Source of the DNA: a virus
Taxonomy: Duplodnaviria; Caudoviricetes
Length of the DNA: 60,144 nucleotides
Strand: one strand, 5' to 3'
Virus record (IMG/VR): IMGVR_UViG_3300025632_000016
Location: 1-60,144 of that record
Part shown: positions 1-9,944 of the stretch, one piece after another
Position numbering within the stretch: the stretch's first letter is position 1
How the letters are laid out: the number at the start of each line of letters is the position of its first letter
Notes under the pieces: generated by a model
Told to the model about the DNA's origin: nothing
Database searches by the model: none
What the model saw: the letters and a program-made list of their open reading frames with translations, nothing else
Made by a program: the position numbers and the translations under genes

Positions 1-126
1 GCAGATGGAGATGTAATCATAACCGTAGATGGAGATGACGTAGAATCAATTAGCACATACAGCATAAGTTTAAATTCCTTAACGGGAGAAATTACTTTCG
101 GAACAATTGTATATACGGGAGTAAAG
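1..126. repeat. Terminal direct repeat, left copy (assembly overlap of a circular contig)
   Basis: Bases 1-126 match 60016-60141; only the last 3 nt of the window diverge. Implies a unit length of about 60,015 bp. Confidence 0.95.
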
Positions 127-153
127 GTAGCTTATCACATAATTAAACCTTAA
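1..153 (+). CDS. C-terminal end of the structural protein that starts at 58699 (spans the circular join)
   Basis: Frame 1 is open (ADGDVIITVDG...AYHIIKP*) with TAA at 151-153; 60016 is in frame with the ATG at 58699. Confidence 0.85.
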   Translation, partial: ADGDVIITVDGDDVESISTYSISLNSLTGEITFGTIVYTGVKVAYHIIKP

Positions 154-156
154 AAA

Positions 157-1047
157 ATGAAGAAGATATTAACCATATTACTAGTTGTATTTGCGTTTTC
201 AGCATATTCGCAAACCACAATTGATTATGTCTATAAAAGGCAGCCTATTAAGTTTAGCAAGATAGCCCTTGCTGATACAATGTTTTTAAGTTCTGAGTCC
301 CCTTACGGGACTTATGGTAACTTATTTGTCATTGACTCTACATTAGATGGAAGGTTCTTTATTAATGATGGATATGCATTAGCAGATTCGTTGTCTCAAA
401 TAAGAAGTGAAATTTCAGATACAGCCGCTCAATTAAGACTAGATATTTCGGATTCACTAGCCATAAATATTTCGGATACAGCGACACAGATTAGAGCAGA
501 ATTAACTGACAGCATTGCTCAGTTAAGATTAGATATTTCAGACACAGCTACACAGATTAGAAGCGAATTGTCAGACACAGCTACACAGATTAGAAGCGAA
601 TTGTCAGATAGTACTTACTTTCAATTAATGGGTGGTAAGTACTTAGCAATAAATAATACTGGATATGATTCATTGATTATAGGCGGAAATTCAAAAGACC
701 CTAATGCTGTATTGCAAGTAAACGGTCAGTTTAATCAATCTTTCACGTTTATGTCTCCTTCTGCTAATTCTGTATACAATGCTAGAAATGGAAATATAGT
801 TATTCTTAATAGCGATGGTAATATATCTGGGATAACCAATTGTGCAATAGGTTCGGTTATAACATTTACTTGTTTTACTGGAGTTACAAATGTGATACTT
901 AACCCAGCTAATTTCATTCCAAACGGGCAAACACTAAGGATTCCTAATGGTTCAATAAAAACATTTGACCAATACGATGTGTTTACAATTATATGTGTAG
1001 CGGATGATGAGTTTTTATTTCATTCTGAAAGCGGAGATAATCAATAG
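157..1047 (+). CDS. Virion fibre-like protein with hydrophobic N-terminus and 11-residue coiled-coil repeats
   Basis: N-terminus resembles a signal peptide (MKKILTILLVVFAFSAYSQ); repeats of SDTATQIRSEL; beta-rich C-terminus; lies in the tail module. Confidence 0.55.
   Translation: MKKILTILLVVFAFSAYSQTTIDYVYKRQPIKFSKIALADTMFLSSESPYGTYGNLFVIDSTLDGRFFINDGYALADSLSQIRSEISDTAAQLRLDISDSLAINISDTATQIRAELTDSIAQLRLDISDTATQIRSELSDTATQIRSELSDSTYFQLMGGKYLAINNTGYDSLIIGGNSKDPNAVLQVNGQFNQSFTFMSPSANSVYNARNGNIVILNSDGNISGITNCAIGSVITFTCFTGVTNVILNPANFIPNGQTLRIPNGSIKTFDQYDVFTIICVADDEFLFHSESGDNQ
385..609 (+). repeat. 33-bp (11-aa) tandem repeats inside the ORF
   Basis: gacacagctacacagattagaagcgaattgtca is duplicated exactly at 541-573 and 574-606, with degenerate copies upstream. 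Confidence 0.85.
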
Positions 1048-1050
1048 AAA

Positions 1051-1686
1051 TTGGGAGCAAATATAAATACCGTAAAGACGCAAGTCTTTGAGATTATAAA
1101 GAAGAATCAGTCAGGAGGCTATATAAAGACAAGCGACTTTAATAACTACGCAAAGCTAGAACAACTTTCTTTTTATAATGAAGTGCTAGGTATGTCTGAA
1201 AGTTCACAGCAAACAATGGACATAGCTGATGAATTAAAGGTGTCAGTTAATCTTTTTCCGAACTCAAGTGGTTTAGTAACCAAGCCTAGCGATTATATGC
1301 AATTGCAATCAATAACGGGTAGAGTTTATCTTAATCAAACACAGAGTAAGCTAGTTCAATTTCAAGTAATGGGTCAGTCAGAAGCAGATACATCGGAAGT
1401 TAGCGGCTTCTCAAGAGCAAGTGCAAAATACCCCATAGCTGTTGTTAATGCAGGTACAGTAGAGATTAAGCCTTATGCTACATTTAGTAGCGTTAAGCTT
1501 AACTATTACAGATTTCCATTAGACCCTATTTGGGGCTTTACGGTATCATCTAGTAGGGAAGTGTATGATTCGTCTACATCGGTTGATTTTGACATACCAG
1601 AGCAGCATACAGAAAGAATAGTACAAGGTATAGTTAGACGTTTTGGTTTCTCAATAGGAAACGAAGCGTTAGTTAATTACAAATAA
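1051..1686 (+). CDS. Tail tubular / ring (head-tail adaptor) protein
   Basis: TTG start; YYRFPLDPIWGF...DFDIPE motifs resemble crAss-like ring proteins; position upstream of the nozzle gene. Confidence 0.6.
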   Translation: MGANINTVKTQVFEIIKKNQSGGYIKTSDFNNYAKLEQLSFYNEVLGMSESSQQTMDIADELKVSVNLFPNSSGLVTKPSDYMQLQSITGRVYLNQTQSKLVQFQVMGQSEADTSEVSGFSRASAKYPIAVVNAGTVEIKPYATFSSVKLNYYRFPLDPIWGFTVSSSREVYDSSTSVDFDIPEQHTERIVQGIVRRFGFSIGNEALVNYK

Positions 1687-2306
1687 TGACAAAAGTAGAT
1701 TTAGCATATAGAGCATTAAAGAAGCTTTACCCAAAGCTAACGCAAGACGCTAAGACTTCTCTTAGGGAAATGGTAGCCGCTGTTGGTAATGCTAGAGATA
1801 AGGTTGTTGCAGATTTCGCTTGGCAAGCGTGGAGTAATGACTTAATGGAAGATATGGTTTGGGAAGGCTGTATATCTACTTATGAGCAATTATCCCCTAC
1901 AAAAGACACTAGAACTAACAGATGGTATTTACAGCTACCATTTAAGCCATTGGTATTACCTAAGAATATGGGTATATATCAGATAACGCCTTGTAATAAC
2001 ACATTTGAATACTACCAAGTACCATCTACGTTTAATTCTTTATTTAACGGTTCAGCCTCAAAAGAGTTGGAGGGTAATACGGGATATTGGTTAAGTGGAG
2101 ATAGAATATACTTTACAGTAAGGCAAACAGAAGAAACTCTATTAGACGTACATTCAATATCTAGTAGCGAAGATATAGCGGATGATGATTATTTTCCATT
2201 TCCGCCTAACCTAGAGTTAGATATAATTAATATGGCTGTACAAGAATATGTATTGACAAAAGACATTCCAGAAGATTTAAGCGATAACAACCTAGCAGAT
2301 TCATAA
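1686..2306 (+). CDS. Tail ring protein (putative)
   Basis: TAATG coupling; DDDYFPFPPNLELDII C-terminus typical of ring proteins; synteny. Confidence 0.5.
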   Translation: MTKVDLAYRALKKLYPKLTQDAKTSLREMVAAVGNARDKVVADFAWQAWSNDLMEDMVWEGCISTYEQLSPTKDTRTNRWYLQLPFKPLVLPKNMGIYQITPCNNTFEYYQVPSTFNSLFNGSASKELEGNTGYWLSGDRIYFTVRQTEETLLDVHSISSSEDIADDDYFPFPPNLELDIINMAVQEYVLTKDIPEDLSDNNLADS

Positions 2307-3070
2307 TGAATAGAGACTTACCCATATTATCCATAGTAAAAGACTACCTTAGAGAGCAAGGCAAAAAGACTACACACGATTTATCTTTTTACCTAGACTT
2401 TGCTATACAAGCATTAAGGGAGATGGAGTATGATTTTACGGGCATACCTGTAAGTAAGTTTGTTACATTAAACTCTAACGACCAAATAGTAATTCCTGCG
2501 GGTTGCGTAAGAATTATAGACTTAGGAATTGTAAATAGCGCAAACCATTTCATTTCATTAGGGTTAGGCAATAAAATCGCCAACGCAAGAGGAACTGATA
2601 GTGAAGGCAATACAGAAAGACAAACCTCTACGGGAAGGTTAGCTGAATCAAACGGTTACGGAGATTTTAACAACAGCCTATCCGTAAGTAGACACGGAGA
2701 GAACTTAGGAGGCAATTTCGGTAGCAATGGACACGTTGTTTATGGTGAGTGGAGTATAGACTACGAAAGAGGATTTATCAACGTAAATGGAGGCTTAAAC
2801 ACTACTGACAAGTATATGATAATATACCTTCAAGATATTTCCACAATAAACGGAGAGTTTATAGTTCATCAGTTTATGAGAGAGCCAATTAAGGCGGGTA
2901 TAGAATTGTTTAGTAAAAGAAGAAGAAAAAGCACACCAAGAGGTGTTATACAAGATTTAGAGCATAAGTTCACTTGGTCTTGCTATCATATGGCTGAAAG
3001 ATTCAGTTCAATGACACAAAACCAAATGATGAATCAGACTAGAAAGAGCAGCGCATTTACTAAAAGTTAA
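2306..3070 (+). CDS. Tail ring protein (putative)
   Basis: TAATG coupling; AIQALREMEYDF and YMIIYLQD motifs; synteny with the crAss-like tail module. Confidence 0.5.
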   Translation: MNRDLPILSIVKDYLREQGKKTTHDLSFYLDFAIQALREMEYDFTGIPVSKFVTLNSNDQIVIPAGCVRIIDLGIVNSANHFISLGLGNKIANARGTDSEGNTERQTSTGRLAESNGYGDFNNSLSVSRHGENLGGNFGSNGHVVYGEWSIDYERGFINVNGGLNTTDKYMIIYLQDISTINGEFIVHQFMREPIKAGIELFSKRRRKSTPRGVIQDLEHKFTWSCYHMAERFSSMTQNQMMNQTRKSSAFTKS

Positions 3071-6000
3071 TGATACAAGAGGATAGACGTTTTTTTTATC
3101 TTGGAATGAACCAAGATTCCGACCCTAGATACCTAAAAGAAGGTGAGTACATAGAGGCTAAGAACTTTTATGTATCAAGTACTGATGGGGGGAATGACAA
3201 CGCCTTAGAAAATGTAAAGAGTACACTTGAAGTAAGTTATACATTACCGTCTGGTGGTAGATATAAATGCGTTAAGATACAAGATGACGAAGAAAACCAA
3301 AGAACTTATATATTCCTATGGAGTAGTGAGGGAGCTCATATAATTCTTTATTATAGCTATTTAGATGAAACCCTTAGATTATTAGTTAGAGATAACTTTT
3401 ATTCAATAGTAGGTACTTTGGGCGGGGCTACACCTACATACGCAACATCTTACACCGCTGGTGATGTAGTATTAAGAACGGGCGGTATATCTTCAGAGAA
3501 TAAATATTATATTTGTTTAGTTGGGTTTACATCCGCTAGTTATGCAGGAGAAAAAGACCCCGAAAAGAACTCATTAATTTGGAAGGAGATAGGCAACTAT
3601 TTAAACTTTCAAGAGAATAATTACATAGATTCAGCTATAATAATAAGAGATGGTCAAACGTTATTGTTTTGGACTGACAATCATAACGAGCCTAAATATA
3701 TTAACGTAGATAAATTAATTGGGTCTGAATACCCTACTGCATTACAAGCAGAGCATTTTGATTTATGCCCGTTACAGCCGCTACATCAAACGTTACTAAG
3801 CGATATTCCTACAACGGGAGGTGCTAATAACTCACTTATCGGTAAGTATTTTCAGTTTAGATATAGATGGGTGTTTGACGATGATATGTATGGTGCTTGG
3901 TCACCTATATCAGAAATGAATACATACAATACAAATTTATTTGCTAACCCTACTACTGCTTACAGCGCATTAAAACTTAGGGTGTATAGAAACTCTTCTA
4001 TACCTAATAGATTAAAGAGAATAGAAGTGGCATATAGAGATTGTAGAGATGGCAACTCTGGAGATTGGTATAAGTTTGCTGATATAGATGGTTCTGATAT
4101 TAGCGCATCAAATAAATATAGGTTTACTAAGTTCGATACAAGTACATTTGCTCTGAATGGCAATTGGGGATTAACGGGTGGTGGGGTTCAATACGAATCA
4201 TTCTACGAGGTAATCTTTGATAATAACTGCGCTAAAGTGCCGATAGACCAAAATGAGGCTAATCAATTGTATTCTTTCTGCCCTAAAAAAGCAGGAACAA
4301 TAGCCGTTACGGAAGATAATAGATTGGTATTTGGCGACATAGAGGAAAATTTAGATATTAGTGGCGTAGAGTTAGATATGGCTGCATCTTATGTATATAG
4401 CGCACCTAGAGTAACATCCCCTAGTATAAGTTATGAAAGGACTTTAAAGACGGGCGCAAAATACAAATGGGGTATAAGGTATTCAGATGGTAAGGGAAGG
4501 CTGTCTACGGTATTAACTAATTTTGACTTAGAAAAAGAAACAGATTGGTATGATTCAATAGCAGTGACCCCTAGTGTAGCCGTTAGTCTAAATATGAGAA
4601 TAGGTCACGCACCGCCATCTTGGGCTAAAACTTGGCAACTATGTTACTTACCAATAGGTATTGATTATGAGGGAAGTACACCTTTAGCCTATCAATTTAT
4701 GGCGGGGGCTGACACTCCAGTAGCGGCTAACGGTCAATCATTAATTAGCCTTCAAATACCAAGAACATTTAATAATGATAACGATGATAGTCAATTTCCC
4801 CTTAGTTTTAGTGATGAATATTACGTCAGGGGGGTATATGATGCATCGGCATCTTCCTATTGGCCTCAATACGATGAATCTAAAGTAATAGAAACTATTG
4901 ATTCAGGAGAAATAGCTTCGGCAATGATACTAGATGGAGGCAGCGGGTATAGCCTGTCACCTACTGTTACTGTAGTTGGTGGTGGTGGTGAAAACTGCAC
5001 TGTAACTGTTAGTGTTGATGCAACTGGTGCAATAAGTACCCCCATATCTTTAACCGCTGGCTCTGGCTTTACATCTTTTCCTACAATAAGAATTTCTGAT
5101 ACTTCTGGCTCTGGAGCTAATATCGTAGTAGATAAAATAAAATTCAAGAAGTACATAAAGATAGATAGCAGCGGTTGGACGACAAAACCACTTGGTGATG
5201 ATATTTTAGAAGTTTACAAAAAAAGCACAGATGAAAATAATGCCTTATGGAGAGAGTTTGGCTATCCTTGTAAGGTAGGATATGATGCTAATGGAGATTT
5301 AGCCCACTTAGGATTAGATTCTTTAATAAATACTGTTTCGGGTTTTGGCGACCCCGATGCGCCAAGTCAAAACCAAGTAATATCAAGCCTTACGGATTTA
5401 GTATATAATCCTAAAAACGTGGGCGATATGTATTTAAGCTACACATTCTTAGACTATGACGCTGATAACTTTCCTCCTAGTAAAACAATACCAACAACGG
5501 GTAGAACAGCGGTAGGCGGTGCATTCTTCCTAGAAGTGCCATTTGCGGATATAAGAACAGCATCTAGGTCTACTAGCTTAAAAAGGCCATTAGTAGCACT
5601 AGAAGACAATAGGCTACCTGCGCTTAACACAACATTAAGGTGGAGTGACCCGTTAGTACAAAACACTAACATAAACGGACTAGGATTCTTTTACGATATA
5701 AACTTTAGGGAACTAAAGAACGAATACGGAACTATAAGAAAGATATTTGCTGAAAACGAATATCTAAAAGTATTATTCGACAGAAAGATGGGGCTTTTAC
5801 CAATGGGTAGAACGGAAATAAACTCATTAGACGGTAATAATTTCGTAGGTAAAACTACTGATGTATTCGGAACTCCTAGATATTCTGTATCAGATTATGG
5901 TATATCAGACAATCCAGAGAGCCTTTCCTATTTTGGCGGAGCATCAATGTTTGTAGATAGAAACAAAAACACAGTACTAATATCAAGTGGCATAGAAGTG

Positions 6001-6906
6001 AAACCTATTAGTGATGCTGGAATGAGATTCTTTTTTGATGAAGTTCTTATACGCTCTCAAAGGTTAATCAATAAACCCGTAATACAAAGCGTTTACGATA
6101 AAGAGTTCGATACGTTTATATTATCAATAAACAATAAGTCAACATCAACGGGAACAGTTGCAACCACTCCACCTACAACAATAGTAATAACGCTAACAGA
6201 AGCACAAATAAAAGAGCTTGAACTAAGCGAAGATATAGTGTTAAAAACATTTACAGCCGCACCATTTGTAACAGAAACGGTTAGTAGTGGAGATTGGTCT
6301 AAAACAACAAGTACTACAATAACAGCAACCGTAACAAGTTCGGGGACATACAATCCCGCTGTTGACGTAGAGGTAATACAAGGACAGCAATACGTTCTTA
6401 ATTACTCCCCCAAGAATAATAAATGGATGTCTTTCTTTGATTACAAAGGTGATGCATTCGGTAGTGCGAGAAGTAGATTATGCTCTAGTAAAGATGGCAA
6501 ATTCTATTTACATAACAGCCCTAATGTTTCCTCTTATGGAAACTTTTACGGTTCTCAACACGAATCATATATCACCATTCCTTTTGCCGCAGAGCCTACT
6601 AACACAAAGAACGCTAGGGCATTAGAGATAGAATCAACAGACACTAACTTCTACTTGGACAGCGGAACAAACGAAAGAGGACAAAGCACTAGCTTAATCA
6701 ACGGAGATTTCGAGGAAAAAGAAGGAAGGCAATGGGCTAACATACTAATGGATGAGAATACGCCTCTTGTTGGCGGCATAACAAATCCTATTACACAAGG
6801 GGACTTAATGATAGGCACATACTTTATTGCTAAAATCAACAATACAGCTACATCGTTAGTAAAAGTATTTAGCTCTACATTAAGATATGTTAAAAGCCTT
6901 ATTTAA
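3070..6906 (+). CDS. Tail nozzle/muzzle (P22 gp10-like stabilisation) protein
   Basis: 1278 aa; GMNQDSDPRYLKEGEYIEAKN start, LFWTDNHNEPKYIN, FQFRYRW, YGISDNPES, WMSFFDY and FEEKEG motifs; GGSGY-type beta insert. Confidence 0.75.
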   Translation: MIQEDRRFFYLGMNQDSDPRYLKEGEYIEAKNFYVSSTDGGNDNALENVKSTLEVSYTLPSGGRYKCVKIQDDEENQRTYIFLWSSEGAHIILYYSYLDETLRLLVRDNFYSIVGTLGGATPTYATSYTAGDVVLRTGGISSENKYYICLVGFTSASYAGEKDPEKNSLIWKEIGNYLNFQENNYIDSAIIIRDGQTLLFWTDNHNEPKYINVDKLIGSEYPTALQAEHFDLCPLQPLHQTLLSDIPTTGGANNSLIGKYFQFRYRWVFDDDMYGAWSPISEMNTYNTNLFANPTTAYSALKLRVYRNSSIPNRLKRIEVAYRDCRDGNSGDWYKFADIDGSDISASNKYRFTKFDTSTFALNGNWGLTGGGVQYESFYEVIFDNNCAKVPIDQNEANQLYSFCPKKAGTIAVTEDNRLVFGDIEENLDISGVELDMAASYVYSAPRVTSPSISYERTLKTGAKYKWGIRYSDGKGRLSTVLTNFDLEKETDWYDSIAVTPSVAVSLNMRIGHAPPSWAKTWQLCYLPIGIDYEGSTPLAYQFMAGADTPVAANGQSLISLQIPRTFNNDNDDSQFPLSFSDEYYVRGVYDASASSYWPQYDESKVIETIDSGEIASAMILDGGSGYSLSPTVTVVGGGGENCTVTVSVDATGAISTPISLTAGSGFTSFPTIRISDTSGSGANIVVDKIKFKKYIKIDSSGWTTKPLGDDILEVYKKSTDENNALWREFGYPCKVGYDANGDLAHLGLDSLINTVSGFGDPDAPSQNQVISSLTDLVYNPKNVGDMYLSYTFLDYDADNFPPSKTIPTTGRTAVGGAFFLEVPFADIRTASRSTSLKRPLVALEDNRLPALNTTLRWSDPLVQNTNINGLGFFYDINFRELKNEYGTIRKIFAENEYLKVLFDRKMGLLPMGRTEINSLDGNNFVGKTTDVFGTPRYSVSDYGISDNPESLSYFGGASMFVDRNKNTVLISSGIEVKPISDAGMRFFFDEVLIRSQRLINKPVIQSVYDKEFDTFILSINNKSTSTGTVATTPPTTIVITLTEAQIKELELSEDIVLKTFTAAPFVTETVSSGDWSKTTSTTITATVTSSGTYNPAVDVEVIQGQQYVLNYSPKNNKWMSFFDYKGDAFGSARSRLCSSKDGKFYLHNSPNVSSYGNFYGSQHESYITIPFAAEPTNTKNARALEIESTDTNFYLDSGTNERGQSTSLINGDFEEKEGRQWANILMDENTPLVGGITNPITQGDLMIGTYFIAKINNTATSLVKVFSSTLRYVKSLI

Positions 6907-6922
6907 CGTATATTTGTAGTAT

Positions 6923-7519
6923 ATGAAAATGGAAGACATAGATAATCAAATTGCAGAAGCTCCTTTAACAAAAGAAGAGTCTAAGGCTCAATTTATAGCG
7001 AATACAGAAAAATTAGGTTTAAAGCATACGTTTAATTTTGATGAAGCGTGGGAGATAGGTCAGGAGATTAAAAAGCGTAAAGACTTTAGAGAAAAGATTT
7101 CAGCCATAGAGCAGCAAGGACACGATAACGATATTTGGATGAGCGAGGAAGAATTACAGGAACGTAATCCCGTAAAGAATAGCTTTGCCGATGGTTGTTA
7201 TATTAGAGAAATATTTAATCCTGCTAACGAATTATTAGTCACTAAGATACACAAGAAAGAGCATCCTTTTTTCCTTATGAAAGGGGAAATGTCAGTATTA
7301 ACAGATGAAGGTATAATTCATTTAAAAGCACCTCATCACGGCATAACAAAGGTAGGGACTAAACGAATCATATACACGCATACAGATTGTGTGTTTGTAA
7401 CGGTTCACGCAACAGAATTAACGGACGTAAAAGAAATTGAAGAAGAAGTTATAGCTAAGGATTTTCAAGACCCAATGATTACCTTAGATGATTTAAAACT
7501 ATTAAAAGGAGAGATATGA
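6923..7519 (+). CDS. Cupin-fold protein
   Basis: FADGCYIREIF...KIHKKEHPFFLMKG...GTKRIIYTHTDCVFVTVH; own TATATTTG promoter at 6909-6916. Confidence 0.6.
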   Translation: MKMEDIDNQIAEAPLTKEESKAQFIANTEKLGLKHTFNFDEAWEIGQEIKKRKDFREKISAIEQQGHDNDIWMSEEELQERNPVKNSFADGCYIREIFNPANELLVTKIHKKEHPFFLMKGEMSVLTDEGIIHLKAPHHGITKVGTKRIIYTHTDCVFVTVHATELTDVKEIEEEVIAKDFQDPMITLDDLKLLKGEI

Positions 7520-8337
7520 GTTTCGTAACAGTAGCAGCAGTTTTAGGTGGCACAGCATTATTAGGTAAAGCAGCTATAGGTGGCACTAAAATGTTTCAAG
7601 GACATAAAAAAAGAAAAGAAGGAAAACTTGCGGCTAATACAGCAAATGTTCAAGAAATGGCATTAAACCTTCAGAACGAAAGGGAGCAGAAAATACAGCA
7701 AGGCACAATGGAAGCGCTTGCTAATCAAAGAATGTCTGAAATATCCTCTTTACAAGCTAGGTATGATGAAGCAGCTAAAGAGGGTATTCCAGAAGAACTA
7801 AAGGAACAATATTTAGAGAATATACAAGGTTCTCAGGCACAAACATTAAACGCTAATGCAAGCCGTAGAGGTGGATTAGTTGGTATGGCACAAGTAGACC
7901 AAAATGCTGTAAATGCGTATAAGGAATTACTTTCTATGGATGCTAATCAGAGGTTAGCTAACGAAAGAACGGCAATGAGCTTTCAAGGTAATGCGATAGG
8001 TCAAATGGATACTTACGCAAACAGAGGATTAAACTTTCAGATAGGAAACCAACAACAAAATTATGCAAGGGATTTAAGCAGCAATTACTTTGACCAAGAC
8101 TACGCAATGGCACTACAAGGTGCGGGAGAGCAGATGATGTACTCAGGGGCAGGGCAGATAGTAAATACGCTAGGTGAAGCATCTTCATTTGCAGCAAGTC
8201 TTGCTGGAGGTGGCTTAGGCGGAGGAATAGGTGGAAGGCCAGAGAATATACCTAAAATGGAATCAATCAAAACGCCTACAAGCGTTCAATCACAAGCACC
8301 GCAAGGGGGTAATGGGTTTTCATACGCACCGCAATAA
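7516..8337 (+). CDS. Ejection (internal virion) protein 1
   Basis: Gly/Ala-rich hydrophobic N-terminus, Q/A-rich helical body; position after the nozzle gene. Confidence 0.6.
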   Translation: MSFVTVAAVLGGTALLGKAAIGGTKMFQGHKKRKEGKLAANTANVQEMALNLQNEREQKIQQGTMEALANQRMSEISSLQARYDEAAKEGIPEELKEQYLENIQGSQAQTLNANASRRGGLVGMAQVDQNAVNAYKELLSMDANQRLANERTAMSFQGNAIGQMDTYANRGLNFQIGNQQQNYARDLSSNYFDQDYAMALQGAGEQMMYSGAGQIVNTLGEASSFAASLAGGGLGGGIGGRPENIPKMESIKTPTSVQSQAPQGGNGFSYAPQ

Positions 8338-8348
8338 TTAAATAAGGT

Positions 8349-9944
8349 ATGGCATTAGAAAGAAAACCACAGAATTTAAGGGGCTACGGATTAGCGCAAG
8401 ACCCTAAGGTAGAGTTAGATACAACGTTTATAGATGACCAAAATAGGCGTGCGTACCAACAAAGGGGTATAGAAGCGCAACAAGAGGCTCAACAAAAGAA
8501 CTTTGCTCAAAGGGATAAAGAAACTAGGGTAGACTTATTAAAGGGTATTCCTACCATAGAATCAAATTGGTCGCCAGAAATAAAGAACAAGATAAATACC
8601 GAAATAGATGCTTTTATAAAAGGAGCGGGAGATTTATCTACTGAGGAAATTGTAGTGGGGCTAAACGGATTAAAATCAAAGGCTGGGGCATATAAGAGCA
8701 TAGGAACTGCATTAAAAGATAGGGCAACTAAAGTAGCGGCTGGAGATATATATTCTGGCTTGGATGGTGATAAATTATTAGGGTTAAAGCTTGAAGAAGA
8801 TTTTAAGAATCTGACTTTTGAAGAAGCAATGGCTAAAGCTATGAATATAACTCAAAGTCAATTTGCGCCAATGCCTGATATGACCCAATGGGAAACCTTA
8901 AAGAATAATGTTTACGATTTTGCTAAATCATCATCTACGGGAGAAATGGAGTATGCTGGTAATCTAGGGGACAAGTCCTATGGTAGATTTGCATTTAATG
9001 TAGACCCTAATGCAAAGATAGCAGCCGTAAGTAACTTTATGACGGGTAATAGAGGTTTTTATAATTTATACGCTGAAAAAAATGATTTAGAATATGATGA
9101 AATAGAATCAACATTATCATCTCAAATAGATGATGTTGTTTTTGATAAGTGGGCTGAGAATACTCCAAAAGCTGATAAAGAATTTAAACCAACGTATAGT
9201 CGAGGCGGTGGCTCTAGCTTAGAATATAATTATGGGGTATCAGAAGGTACTAGAAAAGAGGAGGGGCGTGTTCCTCAGGGTCTTGGATTTCCAAATGTAG
9301 ATATTAATATGAATTATGTAGATATTATTCCCAAAGATGGCAAGACCTTACCGCTATCTAAAATAAAAGGTAAGAATGGGGAGGTAGTTACAGGGGTAAT
9401 AGTTTCAGTAACAGAAGGAAGTGATGGAGATTTAAAACTAGTGGTAAATAAAAAACTTTCTAGCTATGAGCAAACTCTTGACCTATACAATCAAGCAAAA
9501 GAATTATTAAAAGCCAATACTAAGGAATTAAATAATTTTAATGAATTAAATGATGAAGAAAAATTAGCTAAGGTAGAGAAGTTGGTTTTAAGCGGAAAAA
9601 TAAAGCCAAAAACAGAAACCACAGAGTTACTTGACTATGAGTCAAATAAAAACTTAGTAGCCCCCAATAGGAAAGAAATTTATAAAATGCTAGGTGATGT
9701 AAGGGCTTACGAAAATCCAGAGCAAATAAAAGAAGATGGATTTACTTACTTCGCTAAACAAGATGGAAGCGACCCAATAGGTATAGACGAACTACATAAA
9801 ACTTTCTTGAACGAGAAAAGGAAAGGTGACACTTTTGGTGAGTATATAAAGGGATTTGATTATATTCCACAAGAAGGTGATATGCCTAATGTAGGTGGAG
9901 CTAAGGTGGTAGAAGATTTTTCAGAATTTGAAGTTAAAGGATAA
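8349..9944 (+). CDS. Ejection (internal virion) protein 2
   Basis: 531-aa helical protein between ejection protein 1 and the giant protein; TAATG coupling to the next gene. Confidence 0.5.
   Translation: MALERKPQNLRGYGLAQDPKVELDTTFIDDQNRRAYQQRGIEAQQEAQQKNFAQRDKETRVDLLKGIPTIESNWSPEIKNKINTEIDAFIKGAGDLSTEEIVVGLNGLKSKAGAYKSIGTALKDRATKVAAGDIYSGLDGDKLLGLKLEEDFKNLTFEEAMAKAMNITQSQFAPMPDMTQWETLKNNVYDFAKSSSTGEMEYAGNLGDKSYGRFAFNVDPNAKIAAVSNFMTGNRGFYNLYAEKNDLEYDEIESTLSSQIDDVVFDKWAENTPKADKEFKPTYSRGGGSSLEYNYGVSEGTRKEEGRVPQGLGFPNVDINMNYVDIIPKDGKTLPLSKIKGKNGEVVTGVIVSVTEGSDGDLKLVVNKKLSSYEQTLDLYNQAKELLKANTKELNNFNELNDEEKLAKVEKLVLSGKIKPKTETTELLDYESNKNLVAPNRKEIYKMLGDVRAYENPEQIKEDGFTYFAKQDGSDPIGIDELHKTFLNEKRKGDTFGEYIKGFDYIPQEGDMPNVGGAKVVEDFSEFEVKG

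Noticed and set aside
1-126. Terminal repeat as a biological direct terminal repeat
   Set aside because: Its length is typical of an assembler k-mer overlap and it falls in the middle of a gene; it shows circularity only.
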